From a virus, in the IMG/VR virus record IMGVR_UViG_3300010413_000017, positions 9,861 to 73,860 of that record: a DNA stretch of 64,000 nucleotides; one strand, 5' to 3'. Both the position numbers and the translations under genes were made by a program. Shown in pieces: positions 19,546-29,501 of this stretch. The notes under the pieces are model-generated. The model saw nothing but the letters and a program-made list of their open reading frames with translations, was not told where the DNA came from and ran no database searches. Every line of letters begins with the position of its first letter. Within the stretch, counting starts at the first letter, position 1.

Positions 19546-20960
19546 GTGAGTAGATTCCTTTCCAAAGTCTGTGTTGTCATAAATTCAATGTGCTCCTTTG
19601 TATCACGCCCAAATCCATACTCTACTAGTCTTAGGTAGTAGGGGTTAGTGAAGTATGTTGTGAAAGCATAATCTCTAAACGCTAGAACATCTCTAGCCGC
19701 TAGTGTTTCTGTAGGTAGGGGTAACGTTTCTTTGGCGTATTGGCTGTAGCCTTGCCACGTCTTGGGTAAGTCGAGCGCTTGCTCGACTGCTTGTAGATGG
19801 AGTTGGCTACCCGGGTAGGCCATCGCACAATAGAAATTAGCCCACTCAGAACATATGTACTGTGCCAAGTGGAGAGTTTGTAACATGGTGTCCCATGTAT
19901 CTTGGGGAAAGCCGAACATCCAATTAGCATTAATACAAATTCCTGCCTCGTGGGTTAGGTTAGACACCTCTACTATTTTGTTTGTCCAATTACCCGCGCT
20001 CTTTGTCTTTCCCGTTTCGTACGCTATTTTGTTGTTACCAGTTTCAAACCCGTAACACAGCCACTTAATTCCTATACTGCGTATGTTCTGTAGCATAGCG
20101 GAATCAACTGTATCAACACTTGCGTAGGCCCAGATGTTCAGTTCGTCAAGGTCAAACTTTTCTTGTTCAGCTTTATGTTTTACAGCGGCACAGATGTCAC
20201 TGACATGTTTTTTGTTAAGGGTGAAGTTTTCATCTAGGATGCGAATGTTGTAGATATCTTGCTTCACCCATTCAAAAAGCTCGTCCGCTACAACTTGGGG
20301 TGACTTGTACCTAACTTGCCTAGAACCCCTAAACATAGCATGAATTACGCAGAAAGAGCATTTTCTCGGGCAACCCAAGGAGGTAAAGAGAACTCCGTAT
20401 GGGCTTCTGTCATAAATGCGTCCAAAGCAGTGCCAGTTGTGGGCACGATATTCCACCAAGGGTAATAAATCCCACGCAGGACGTGGAAGCAGGTCCAGCT
20501 CAGGAAAGTTCTCGCTGTAGACGACTCCAGATAACTCATGGGCTTGGACTATAACATCGAATCCTTCTCCGACTATAACAGCGTCAGCGTTTGTTTTAAG
20601 AAGGGTTAGTTCTGGGAGTGCGGAGGGATGAAGCCCGTGAATGATAGTTTTAATGCCATAATGAGTGAGAGGGAAGGAGATGTGTGGGACACTAACCATG
20701 CTTTGTGTGGAGGCAGAAGGATTGTGGCCACACACAGAAATAACAACTGCTGTCGGTTTGAGTTCTAGGATTCTCCACAACAACTCGCTGTATGTTAGGT
20801 TCTCCACTTCATTGTCGATGAGAGCAACATCAACGCCTCTCTGACGACACTGGGCGGCAAGTAGAGCCGCCCAAATAGGAGGCTCTATGGCTGTTAGATT
20901 AAAATCATCTAAGACTCCGTACACTTGTTTTTTGCTTGAGGGTCTGACTATAACTATCAT
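19542..20960 (-). CDS. B12-binding radical SAM protein (class B methyltransferase-like)
   Basis: N-terminal cobalamin-binding domain (HPSALP, GEG), CPRKCSFC, DENF, GFE, YPGS. Confidence 0.9.
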   Translation of the reverse strand: MIVIVRPSSKKQVYGVLDDFNLTAIEPPIWAALLAAQCRQRGVDVALIDNEVENLTYSELLWRILELKPTAVVISVCGHNPSASTQSMVSVPHISFPLTHYGIKTIIHGLHPSALPELTLLKTNADAVIVGEGFDVIVQAHELSGVVYSENFPELDLLPRPAWDLLPLVEYRAHNWHCFGRIYDRSPYGVLFTSLGCPRKCSFCVIHAMFRGSRQVRYKSPQVVADELFEWVKQDIYNIRILDENFTLNKKHVSDICAAVKHKAEQEKFDLDELNIWAYASVDTVDSAMLQNIRSIGIKWLCYGFETGNNKIAYETGKTKSAGNWTNKIVEVSNLTHEAGICINANWMFGFPQDTWDTMLQTLHLAQYICSEWANFYCAMAYPGSQLHLQAVEQALDLPKTWQGYSQYAKETLPLPTETLAARDVLAFRDYAFTTYFTNPYYLRLVEYGFGRDTKEHIEFMTTQTLERNLLT

Positions 20961-22004
20961 TTAACCTTCCTGAGTATCAGTTCTTTGGATGTTGTTCAGT
21001 TGTTCGAGTTTATTGAACAAATGTTCGTCGCCTATAATGGCGTCGGACATTGTTGGTCTAAGCCACTCAAATGGATACGATTCTAGGCTTTGGCTGTACA
21101 TGTCAATCACCTGTTTAAGGTGCGGATAGCGTTCAACGAACCTGTTAAGTAACAACGCTACTGTAGACAGCCACATCTCCTTGTCGTATATTTTTTCGGC
21201 TAGCGCTTCGGAAATACCATCTTGGACTAAGTACGGAACGACGACTTCTTTCATGATGCCGAGAGAGTCAACATAATCGTGGGAAAACATCATGTCAAAC
21301 AAACTCACATTCTGAATCCATGATTCCTTGGTATCAATCCGGTAGATGGCAAGCGTAGTCCTGTCTGATAGAGCGTCCTTAATCTTTCCGCTCATGACTG
21401 ATATACAGCAGGGCAAAACTTCTCCGCCTAACCATCTGTTTGGCATTCTGTCGGCGTGTTCGAACATCGCTATCCACGTTGGTGTTCTGTGTACATAATA
21501 TGTTGTACAGATACGTGCGCGAATGTATGAAGCGAAACGTTCCACAACAGAATCGGCCTCTACTTGTAGGCACGATGTATACTGAACTTGTGACCTATTT
21601 TGGTTTCCGACTTCTGTGCCTTTCACTCCGCTAGCGGCTGTATATTCCGGGTTGTGTTCTAGGAACTTTACGCACTCCATGACCCCGCTTTGAACAGCAA
21701 TGTCGTCGTCTCCACAATACATAGCATAGTCTGTATTTATGAGATTGTTCGCTTTTTTAACGGCGTCTCCGTCGTGCATTTGCTCTATGCACTTACATAG
21801 ACGTATGTTCAGCCCGTTTGTGGAGGCAGACTGCACAAGCTCATCAACATCAGAGGCTTGTTCTGTGCTTGAGTCAGCTACAATCACATCGCCCTTAAAC
21901 TCTGTACGTGTATAATAGTCAAGAGTTTTAGCTAACTTTGAGGCTCGTTCCTTTGTGGGGATGACGATTGTGACTTTTTTATCGAGAGTAGAGTCTTGCG
22001 TCAT
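20961..22004 (-). CDS. GT-A fold glycosyltransferase, TIGR00180-like, paralog 2
   Basis: IVIPTKER, VADSS, CGDDD DxD motif, FLE.NP.Y.AA.G. Confidence 0.8.
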   Translation of the reverse strand: MTQDSTLDKKVTIVIPTKERASKLAKTLDYYTRTEFKGDVIVADSSTEQASDVDELVQSASTNGLNIRLCKCIEQMHDGDAVKKANNLINTDYAMYCGDDDIAVQSGVMECVKFLEHNPEYTAASGVKGTEVGNQNRSQVQYTSCLQVEADSVVERFASYIRARICTTYYVHRTPTWIAMFEHADRMPNRWLGGEVLPCCISVMSGKIKDALSDRTTLAIYRIDTKESWIQNVSLFDMMFSHDYVDSLGIMKEVVVPYLVQDGISEALAEKIYDKEMWLSTVALLLNRFVERYPHLKQVIDMYSQSLESYPFEWLRPTMSDAIIGDEHLFNKLEQLNNIQRTDTQEG

Positions 22005-22888
22005 GATTCATAGCATAGAGCAAGGAGGCTCGCTTTGTCGAGACCGTAGTGCGAACGTAATTGCTCTCTTCCTCCGTAGTCATAGTTATACCCGGAAGCT
22101 CTTGTCACTTTGATGTGACGATACGGGGGAATTTTCAGCACCGAAACAATGGGCTCATACAGGCCGCCGAAACTCTCCTCAAGAAGAATGTACGGAAATC
22201 GACATACTATCGGGTGGAAAATCCTGCCGAATTGTCTAACGTCAAAAGGAAGAGAGAATACATCTACATAAGGTCTTCCGGTATCCTTGACAGAGTGAAT
22301 AAGGTCACCTTGAGTTATAAAAAACGGACTCTTAACCCTTGCCTCCCAGTTGAAAAAGCTAAACCCACGTTCGAGTACGGGCAACTTCTCTGTATAGACA
22401 GGTTCGCGTGTAGCTCTGTCTAAACGAATGTAGGTAGGCCCACTCGAAACCCTAGCCAAAGCTTCAGCCATGACAGAGTCAGTCACAGTAATCACAGTCA
22501 TGTTAGGAAGTGCGGACATAATGGCTACATCTTCTAAGGTGTGATGCGTTGGCCCCGAGTCCTCATAGCTGAAGCCTGCTCCTACACCTACTAAGGTTAT
22601 AGGAAGGTTGTGTGCACATGGACCCAACTTTACCTGTTCATAACAGCGCAGAGAGATGAAAGGGGCGATTGCGTACACAAAGACCTTTTTCCCTAACTTG
22701 GCCAAACCTGTAGCAATACTAACAGCATTGGCCTCGGCTATTCCGACGTTTAAGTACTGGCTAGGTAGGTCGAGTCTCCATTGGTCGAGAGAGGGTGCCC
22801 CCATGTCAGCCGAGACCAGCACGATGTTCCTGTCTTGTTTGGCAAGTAAAAAGAGCGCGTTGAAGAAAGCATCACGTTGGGAAATCAC
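22001..22888 (-). CDS. Transketolase-like protein, C-terminal (pyrimidine-binding) subunit
   Basis: RDAF, SADMG, NVGIAEAN, RCYEQ, GPTHH.LED, GPTYIRL. Confidence 0.9.
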   Translation of the reverse strand: MISQRDAFFNALFLLAKQDRNIVLVSADMGAPSLDQWRLDLPSQYLNVGIAEANAVSIATGLAKLGKKVFVYAIAPFISLRCYEQVKLGPCAHNLPITLVGVGAGFSYEDSGPTHHTLEDVAIMSALPNMTVITVTDSVMAEALARVSSGPTYIRLDRATREPVYTEKLPVLERGFSFFNWEARVKSPFFITQGDLIHSVKDTGRPYVDVFSLPFDVRQFGRIFHPIVCRFPYILLEESFGGLYEPIVSVLKIPPYRHIKVTRASGYNYDYGGREQLRSHYGLDKASLLALCYES

Positions 22889-23880
22889 TCAGTTTCCTCC
22901 TCAAGTTCCCATCCTAACTTAGTTAGCACAGTTGTCCACCAATGATGAGCTGTGTACTTGTGATGGGCCAGTCCGTGCCCGTTCGTTGCCACCATAATAC
23001 GCTCCCCTGGAAGAGCGAGGAAGTAATGAAGTTGCTCAGCTAGGTCGTCGTAATCGGGCTCATCTCCGTTCATTTTGTATGTGATGTAGTGAACCTTTGG
23101 AACAAACCAGCGGTTAATTTGTGATGTCTCCGCCGCTACTAGAAGCGCTCCGCATAGTGTTGTTTCCCAAGCTCTACCCTTATGAAGGACAGGGGTGAAA
23201 TCCAACATGATTTGGCTTTGGCGAAACTGCTCTGCATAGGCTTCTCTAGACAGGGCGTCCTCCTTTTGTCCCCCGGCATGTGTGACTTCAATACCTCGCT
23301 TGCCAAGCTCCTCCAAAGCCTTGACTCGCTCGGGTCTGTTGTCCAACCTTCCAGCATGGGCAACTCTGACAGGGCGTTCAGAGCGCGGATCGCCATAATA
23401 CAACCTAGGACTTTGTGGTGTCCACAGTGGCATTATTTTGTCCGGAGCGCTCTCGAACGAATAGTCGATTGTCAAGTGCAAATCTATTACGTTGTAAAGA
23501 ACCTGAATCATTTGTTGGCTCACTGTCCACGCCGAGTCCCACCATACCGCACATATTTTGACATTCGGATTTATCCGTTTAAGTCTGTCAAAAGTTCTTA
23601 CACTTGGGTTGAACGGGCCGAAGAAGTCTGTAGGAGCACTTGGGCTGACTAACCAAGTCCAAACAACAACATCTATACCCTCAGCTACCAGTGTGAGCAA
23701 CTCCTCAGTCGCTACTTCGGCGTGGGTTTGAAACCATTGGTCTGGGTGAAGAATAGCAATTGTTTCGGCTAGACCTGTAGTATCAAGTGAATCGAACAGA
23801 TTATGGTAAGAGTTTGTTAGACCAAACTCAGGATTATTCGACGGCCATTTTTCAGTAACAAACAGAACTCTAGGTTTCAT
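22885..23880 (-). CDS. GT-B glycosyltransferase (CgeB / Glyco_trans_1_2-like)
   Basis: GGAGGAG RBS before MKPRVLF; KGRAWE..LCG.L, F.P..HY..Y, IA.NG-type C-terminal motifs. Confidence 0.75.
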   Translation of the reverse strand: MKPRVLFVTEKWPSNNPEFGLTNSYHNLFDSLDTTGLAETIAILHPDQWFQTHAEVATEELLTLVAEGIDVVVWTWLVSPSAPTDFFGPFNPSVRTFDRLKRINPNVKICAVWWDSAWTVSQQMIQVLYNVIDLHLTIDYSFESAPDKIMPLWTPQSPRLYYGDPRSERPVRVAHAGRLDNRPERVKALEELGKRGIEVTHAGGQKEDALSREAYAEQFRQSQIMLDFTPVLHKGRAWETTLCGALLVAAETSQINRWFVPKVHYITYKMNGDEPDYDDLAEQLHYFLALPGERIMVATNGHGLAHHKYTAHHWWTTVLTKLGWELEEETE

Positions 23881-23887
23881 GCTCCTC

Positions 23888-24316
23888 CTAGTTAAATGTA
23901 TAGAATGTAACGCCCCCCAATACTTCTTGGCAGATTGCTTCACTCAAGGGCTTTTCCCAAACTTCTCCTTTTCCGTGGATAAAAACTTGAAGGGAGACAA
24001 TGCATTGAAGTATCAGTGAAATAGGATAAGTAATATAGTAAATGATTCTTGACGAGTCCTTAAGTGAAGCCTTAGATAATCTCCAAATTAGTGCTAAGTT
24101 GTGGGCACCGTAGACACAAACCTTGTCTGGGGCAAGGGCCGCAACAGTGGCAAAGGCTCCGTCGTCCCAGTATCTAATCGCAACATGACCACATCGGCAT
24201 GAACCGACCTGCGTCTCGACTTGTTCATCAACTACGTTGTCCCCATCATATTTGTGAGTATGACAAACCTTACTCAAAACAAGACTGCGGCAAATCTGAC
24301 AATAAGCTACTTTCAT
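23888..24316 (-). CDS. Hypothetical Cys-rich protein
   Basis: ATGA-coupled ORF with CxxC and CxCGH. Confidence 0.5.
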   Translation of the reverse strand: MKVAYCQICRSLVLSKVCHTHKYDGDNVVDEQVETQVGSCRCGHVAIRYWDDGAFATVAALAPDKVCVYGAHNLALIWRLSKASLKDSSRIIYYITYPISLILQCIVSLQVFIHGKGEVWEKPLSEAICQEVLGGVTFYTFN

Positions 24317-24939
24317 AGCGTAACAAGTACTCCGTTATGTACGTCAGAAGCTCCTTGTAAAACGACTTCAGGTTGTGGGGCTAAAGAAGCTTTACTCCGT
24401 ACCCATATACCGTCTACGCCGTCCCAACCCACAGCAGAAAAACCTTCGTTTTTCAAAACATTCCAAGCATAACCGTTTTCTTTATAGTTAAAGTCCCCTC
24501 CGATAATCTCAAAGACAGGATAGCGGGTTGGAAGGCTGTCTAAAAACGATAACGTTTTCTGTATCTGTTCTAAGTGTTGCGAGTGGCCGAGATGAACAGA
24601 AACAGCCTTTATCCCTCCGTTAAGGCACGCCCCAAGGATACTCCTGCGCCATCCGTTAGCATCGGGATAACCCAATACGTATTCGTCCCAGTGCATAATT
24701 TTAAACTTACTTAATATCCCTAGTTTCCAACCCCCCCAAAACCGCTTTTCCATTCTGATAGTACGACAGTCCCATCCTGTACTTATTGATTCGATGGAGT
24801 CCCACCCGAATAGACCCACTCCCTCTTGGAGAAGAGCGATGTCCACTCCTCGTGCAAGCATAAGATTTCGTGTTTTCCCTGTGCTTCCATGCTTGATTAC
24901 GCCTACTAAATGCGCCATATTGAAAGTTAGTATCTTCAT
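24313..24939 (-). CDS. Endonuclease/exonuclease/phosphatase (EEP) family protein
   Basis: ILTFN, LQE, VHL, GGDFN, D.IW, SD.H motifs. Confidence 0.85.
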   Translation of the reverse strand: MKILTFNMAHLVGVIKHGSTGKTRNLMLARGVDIALLQEGVGLFGWDSIESISTGWDCRTIRMEKRFWGGWKLGILSKFKIMHWDEYVLGYPDANGWRRSILGACLNGGIKAVSVHLGHSQHLEQIQKTLSFLDSLPTRYPVFEIIGGDFNYKENGYAWNVLKNEGFSAVGWDGVDGIWVRSKASLAPQPEVVLQGASDVHNGVLVTL

Positions 24940-25027
24940 TTTTTCTTCCTTTTGCGTCTGTGTCTACGTCTGCGTTGAGCCCTGCGCTTTTTGCTACCTT
25001 GTTTGCGTCTTCCTTTACCTCTTTTTC

Positions 25028-25474
25028 TCATTGGCTGGACTCTCTGCGAAGTTGCATGAGTAGAGTGCCTAGTACATTTTTGCCCTCTACATCTTTACAC
25101 TTAGCACATACACAATTCCCCCAAAAATTGTCATGCCAAGTATTACCTTCAATAAGGGTAGCCGAGTTTGTAGCAAGTAATTGTTTCTTAAGTTTGGGTA
25201 GCCAGAATTTAGATTTTAAAATTTGGTACATAATATCGACTTTGATGTTGTCCCAATCTGGACGTAGGGTAACAGACCGCCCTATTCGTTTAGCCTTGGC
25301 GGGAGTTGGGGCGGCAATAATCCAAGCGCGTTCTGACCAGTTATTTGTTTTCGCCGCTTGATAGGCATGTTCAACTGACGGATAAACAATACCTTGGAAC
25401 AACACCTCGCACTCGTAGAAGTTACTCAAAAACCTATACTTGCCAGTAAATGACGCTATGACTTTATCCGTCAA
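25028..25474 (-). CDS. NADAR (YbiA-like) family protein
   Basis: FLSNFY, YPSVEHAYQAAK, AKRIGR, KF, L.LL.T...LIEGN.W.D.FWG, G.N.LG.LLM..R. Confidence 0.92.
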   Translation of the reverse strand: MTDKVIASFTGKYRFLSNFYECEVLFQGIVYPSVEHAYQAAKTNNWSERAWIIAAPTPAKAKRIGRSVTLRPDWDNIKVDIMYQILKSKFWLPKLKKQLLATNSATLIEGNTWHDNFWGNCVCAKCKDVEGKNVLGTLLMQLRRESSQ

Positions 25475-25676
25475 CAGACCGTTCTCCTATAAGCGAAATA
25501 GCGAATGTACCGAAACATTCCAGACAGGCTACTTTGAGGTCAACAGTACATTCGCTGTGCTTGAGGGTGTAGTCTCCATCAATGATACGTAGATAACCTT
25601 GGCATGTTGGGCAACTAGGCACGTGCTCTTTTAGGTGGTTCATCTCTGTAGTGCTTAACGTTGATATCTTAGGCAT
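25464..25676 (-). CDS. Small zinc-ribbon hypothetical protein
   Basis: CPTC...CLEC; coupled to neighbouring genes. Confidence 0.5.
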   Translation of the reverse strand: MPKISTLSTTEMNHLKEHVPSCPTCQGYLRIIDGDYTLKHSECTVDLKVACLECFGTFAISLIGERSVDG

Positions 25677-25861
25677 TACCTGTCAGTTACTCCCTTTTGG
25701 TAGAAGGACGGTTCACCCAAGAGACTAGCAGTGAGTGATAGAGCGTCAACTAAGTTCTTGGCTTCCTCTTTGTGCACATGCCCGTCAAGGGAGTACTGAT
25801 AGGAGACGCAGTACTTCCCTTCTCTACGTTCAATACAGACATTCATGGGCTGAAGTGCCAT
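25676..25861 (-). CDS. Hypothetical protein
   Basis: Tightly packed ORF with GAGG RBS. Confidence 0.5.
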   Translation of the reverse strand: MALQPMNVCIERREGKYCVSYQYSLDGHVHKEEAKNLVDALSLTASLLGEPSFYQKGVTDR

Positions 25862-25864
25862 ATA

Positions 25865-26641
25865 CTATACCTCTAACCAACCACTCCTTAAAACAGCCCA
25901 GAAGTCGCTACACTGGTTGTTTTCAAAGTACCAGTTAGGTATATATCCATATCCACGGTCGCCCCATCCTGTCCCCCAAGAATTGCGAATGATAATGTGC
26001 TCGGAGTCGTAGCCGATAGCTGAGACTGCGTGGCCTCCGACTGTGCGTTCTCCTGCTTTCGGAACAGGAATTATCCCGGCTGACCCTACAGAGTCGATGC
26101 TTTCGTAACATGTGAACCCAAACGCTACAGGAAGACTGATGCGCAAAAAGGACTTAATGTGTTCTAAGGTTTCAAGCTTCACGTAGAACAGCCCTTTGTA
26201 CGTTTGAGCCAGCGAATAGGCATCTGAGGGCGGTTCATCGTCGTAACGGGCAATATCGTATGGCCAAATCCATTCAGGAGGACAACCGAAAGCGGCTAGG
26301 GCTTTGATAGTTGTTCGAATTTCGCAACCTGTGTCTCCTACTAGAACTTCACCTTGAGCTTTAAAATACAATTTTCGAGAAGCTCTGTATAGGAAAAGTC
26401 TGGAGTGGTCAATATAGTTACCATGTGTTTTACGTTCAAGATATTCAACGATACCCACCACCGCTTGCGCGGTACACGAGCCGAGCTGTCCTTGGTCTTC
26501 AATAGGCGAAAAAAATCCTGTTTCTCGAAGATCAACCCGCTCGGGACGATAGCCAGCCCGCAACAGCGGGGCTGTTGTAGTGTGACCAACAGCCCCGAAG
26601 TCGCGAAAATCCGGTTTGTCTGGAATCCAACCAAACTTCAT
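25865..26641 (-). CDS. Papain-family (C1) cysteine peptidase
   Basis: DQGQLGSCTA (catalytic Cys), GGHAV (His), IRNSWGTGWG.RGY (Asn). Confidence 0.92.
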   Translation of the reverse strand: MKFGWIPDKPDFRDFGAVGHTTTAPLLRAGYRPERVDLRETGFFSPIEDQGQLGSCTAQAVVGIVEYLERKTHGNYIDHSRLFLYRASRKLYFKAQGEVLVGDTGCEIRTTIKALAAFGCPPEWIWPYDIARYDDEPPSDAYSLAQTYKGLFYVKLETLEHIKSFLRISLPVAFGFTCYESIDSVGSAGIIPVPKAGERTVGGHAVSAIGYDSEHIIIRNSWGTGWGDRGYGYIPNWYFENNQCSDFWAVLRSGWLEV

Positions 26642-27039
26642 TTGCTTTTCTCCGCCCTTGCCATCTTCATCGCTTTAGTAGTAACAGCTGTCATCGCCTC
26701 AGCCTGTACTTCCAACACACCTAAGGCTTCCAGCTCAGGGCAAGCAACCTCGTAGACGAGATGATAAGCCGCTTCCATTACCACTGTTGCTATGCTGATA
26801 GCTCCAGTTAACGCTACAACAACAACAGCATTCGTACTCTCGTCAAGTAGAGCAGTTAACGTGTCAATTGTTAATTTAGCATTGTGCATGATTACCTTAG
26901 CTTGCGTTTTTACATGCAGTGCCGTTTCTTGATTTTCACACACAACTGTGACAGGTTTCTTTATCCAAGACGGACACGCAGGAAGAAAACACAAGCTCGC
27001 CACAACCAAACACGCCATGTACTTCTTAATTCCGTTCAT
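26638..27039 (-). CDS. Putative lipoprotein
   Basis: KK plus hydrophobic signal and LPAC lipobox-like motif. Confidence 0.5.
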   Translation of the reverse strand: MNGIKKYMACLVVASLCFLPACPSWIKKPVTVVCENQETALHVKTQAKVIMHNAKLTIDTLTALLDESTNAVVVVALTGAISIATVVMEAAYHLVYEVACPELEALGVLEVQAEAMTAVTTKAMKMARAEKSK

Positions 27040-27260
27040 TTGTTCTCCTTGCTGAGTTTAAGGTTAAACTGTTTGATGGGTCGGGCTGTCTTCAGATTGC
27101 GTACAAGTACCATACCTATCATAGCAATCAATCCTACCACGCCGTTAGGGAGAGTCGAACCAGTTAACCAGTTAATCAGTTCAACAACTCCACCTCCAAA
27201 GGCTATCCAGTTTTCGTAGGAAGTCCACCAGTCCTTTGGGTCACCTATTATATTACTCAT
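27036..27260 (-). CDS. Small membrane protein, holin-like
   Basis: K.WW.S..NW start, hydrophobic segments, LR..T..PI-like basic tail. Confidence 0.5.
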   Translation of the reverse strand: MSNIIGDPKDWWTSYENWIAFGGGVVELINWLTGSTLPNGVVGLIAMIGMVLVRNLKTARPIKQFNLKLSKENK

Positions 27261-27281
27261 GTTAATTTTCTCCTGTTAACG

Positions 27282-27944
27282 TCATGTCTTGACTTTTTGT
27301 TTGTACCAAAGAGTAGAGTCTTCTACTCGGTCGTATTTCCCTTTGAATACTTCATGTACCGCTTTAATAATTCCCGGGTGGAGCGAGTGCTTGCCAGAAT
27401 ACTCCTGTTCAATCTCTTCGTCCACTTCTTTTCTCTTTTCTGGGTAATCGTAAAGCAGATTTCTACCGCAAATTATACCTTTGTTTTTTAGCTTCTTCCA
27501 AGACTCTTTGAGGGCAAATTTCATAGGCTCATATCTGTTGTCAGCGTCTATGAAGATAAAATCAAAGAAGTTAGCTGGAAGAATAGTAGTAGCCTGCTCA
27601 AGCGATGTGGCTATAAGACTAACTGCTGATTGCCAAGCATGTATCATCTTCATGTTGCGTACAAAAATGGCTTGGATGTCGGCGTGCTCAGCCACCTTTG
27701 CACTTGCTGTATTCGGTGAGCCTAGAAAATGATCAACGCACCAAACCACGCCTCTTTCTTGAACTGTCACGATGGACAGACAGGCTGTCGATTTACCTTT
27801 CCAGGGTCCTATTTCTAAGAAGTTGCACTTAGGTTTAGTTGCCTTTTTAGCCAACTGTATGAGCGCTAGTGCATCCTTGTCTGTTAGGTTGCCGTCGTGA
27901 ATGTCAAATGCTTGTAATTGTTTTAAGAACTCTTCAGGTTTCAC
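27282..27944 (-). CDS. Class I SAM-dependent methyltransferase (Methyltransf_24-like)
   Basis: LEIGPWKGKST, VDHFLGS, FDFIFIDAD, L...GII.G. Confidence 0.85.
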   Translation of the reverse strand: MKPEEFLKQLQAFDIHDGNLTDKDALALIQLAKKATKPKCNFLEIGPWKGKSTACLSIVTVQERGVVWCVDHFLGSPNTASAKVAEHADIQAIFVRNMKMIHAWQSAVSLIATSLEQATTILPANFFDFIFIDADNRYEPMKFALKESWKKLKNKGIICGRNLLYDYPEKRKEVDEEIEQEYSGKHSLHPGIIKAVHEVFKGKYDRVEDSTLWYKQKVKT

Positions 27945-27989
27945 GTTTTATTTCCCACTTGGATTTTTACTGTTGAAGTACACCATGGC

Positions 27990-28142
27990 TTACCAGTTGA
28001 ACCAACCTCCGCCTGACGGTCCAGGCGGGCCTTGAATTCCGGGTGGACCTTGAGGCCCGGGTGGACCTTGAGGCCCGGGCGGACAACTACAGCATCCGCC
28101 CAACATTAAAAACACCAGAATAACAGTGCACAGTTTATACAC
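27990..28142 (-). CDS. Miniature collagen-like lipoprotein (about 50 aa)
   Basis: GTG start, signal YKLCTVILVFLMLGGC, seven Gly-X-Y triplets, WFNW end. Confidence 0.6.
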   Translation of the reverse strand: MYKLCTVILVFLMLGGCCSCPPGPQGPPGPQGPPGIQGPPGPSGGGWFNW

Positions 28143-28983
28143 CGGTGAAATAAGCCTCCCTAAAAATGTGGACGCCGCCTTGCAACGGCCTGTTGGCATA
28201 GTCCTTCCATCGTTGGTTGTCGAACTCTTGGCCTGCGGCAAGAAAAAGATTAGCAGGCCAATCGTTAGTTCTAGGTAACTGAAGAGCATCAGCATGTGGA
28301 TAAACAATGTTTTGAAGCCACCCTAGGATTCCTGTCATGGGTCTATACGGCCAGCGATGTGGGTATTTAGAATAATAGAAAAGCCACAGCAGTGGACTTT
28401 CTAAGCGTTTTATTAGGGGCGAGTTTAATAGCTGACACGCCCTCAACATCGGTGCCAAAGAGAAGTAACTATACCAGATGCCTGAATTTGTACGTTTTAT
28501 TTCATGTGTCATTACACCTACTGAGTCCCACGACTGGTCCATGTGATCAGCAAGTCGAGCTTCATGCCTTTTACAGTTCCTGTTTAGGATTTTGTCGGAT
28601 AGGATACAACCTAGAATCCCCCATGAACCGTGATTGTTGTTTTTCCAGTATGATTGTTCGGCACATTCGCGGTAGATAATATCAACCCACGGAAGGAACA
28701 CGCCGCTGTTCCAACTTTCCGGGTCTAAGTTGAGATAAGTCTCTAAGAAGAGATGCCCGATAAACGTCATAGTGAACTTTGCTTCTTTGTTAACGACCTC
28801 GCTACATTGAAGTGCCCAGTCAAGTAAAATTGTTGATGCTACCTTTTCATTCATCCCCCCTGATTGTTTCGATGCGTCATAAGCGGTGTGGGCGTCAACA
28901 CGTAGCGGCTCCACATCCCTGTCATGTTGTGTATTATCTTTATAGTAGGGCGTAACATAAAAAGAACTCGGAACATGCATCAT
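28135..28983 (-). CDS. Alginate lyase-like (alpha/alpha-barrel) polysaccharide lyase
   Basis: NNHGSW catalytic-like motif and E..R...G.WY.YF.L.PM segment. Confidence 0.7.
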   Translation of the reverse strand: MMHVPSSFYVTPYYKDNTQHDRDVEPLRVDAHTAYDASKQSGGMNEKVASTILLDWALQCSEVVNKEAKFTMTFIGHLFLETYLNLDPESWNSGVFLPWVDIIYRECAEQSYWKNNNHGSWGILGCILSDKILNRNCKRHEARLADHMDQSWDSVGVMTHEIKRTNSGIWYSYFSLAPMLRACQLLNSPLIKRLESPLLWLFYYSKYPHRWPYRPMTGILGWLQNIVYPHADALQLPRTNDWPANLFLAAGQEFDNQRWKDYANRPLQGGVHIFREAYFTGV

Positions 28984-29501
28984 TTTACAGTCCCCAAAAA
29001 CGGAGCGTTTTTATCTCTTTCACTCAGTATAGGGTTCTTTATCGGCCACGGAACACAGAGTGCCGGGTCGAGTGGATGAATGGTGAACTGATTTTGTGCC
29101 CCCAGATAGAGCTGGGATTGTTTATACCAAAATAGAGCTTCGTCGCTTAGTACCTGATGAGCAAGGCCATACTTAGGAGGAATAAAAAGTTGCTTTCTAT
29201 TAAACTCGTCAATTTGGAACATCTCCCACTTCAAGTAGTGTTTATTTTTTGGGTCGGCTACAACAACGACGACTACTAAGCTACCCAATAAACACGAGAC
29301 CAACTTGTATGTGCTCTCGTCTCCGTGAAACCCACGGATGACCCCATGTTTCGATTTGCTTAAATCGTCCTCTTTCCAGTGCGCATCGAGCCCAACAGGA
29401 GTTTTGGCGTTCCACAAGTTAACATACTCCCCTCTGTGGTCCTTAAAGATTTCAGGGGTGAGTATTAGGACTCCGGGCAGTAACGTTTTTCTAATCTTCA
29501 T
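28980..29501 (-). CDS. rmlC: dTDP-4-dehydrorhamnose 3,5-epimerase family
   Basis: F.D.RG, S.SK.GV.RG.H, KLV.C, QLFIP....HQVLS, DP.L...WP..NPILSERD. Confidence 0.88.
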   Translation of the reverse strand: MKIRKTLLPGVLILTPEIFKDHRGEYVNLWNAKTPVGLDAHWKEDDLSKSKHGVIRGFHGDESTYKLVSCLLGSLVVVVVVADPKNKHYLKWEMFQIDEFNRKQLFIPPKYGLAHQVLSDEALFWYKQSQLYLGAQNQFTIHPLDPALCVPWPIKNPILSERDKNAPFLGTVK

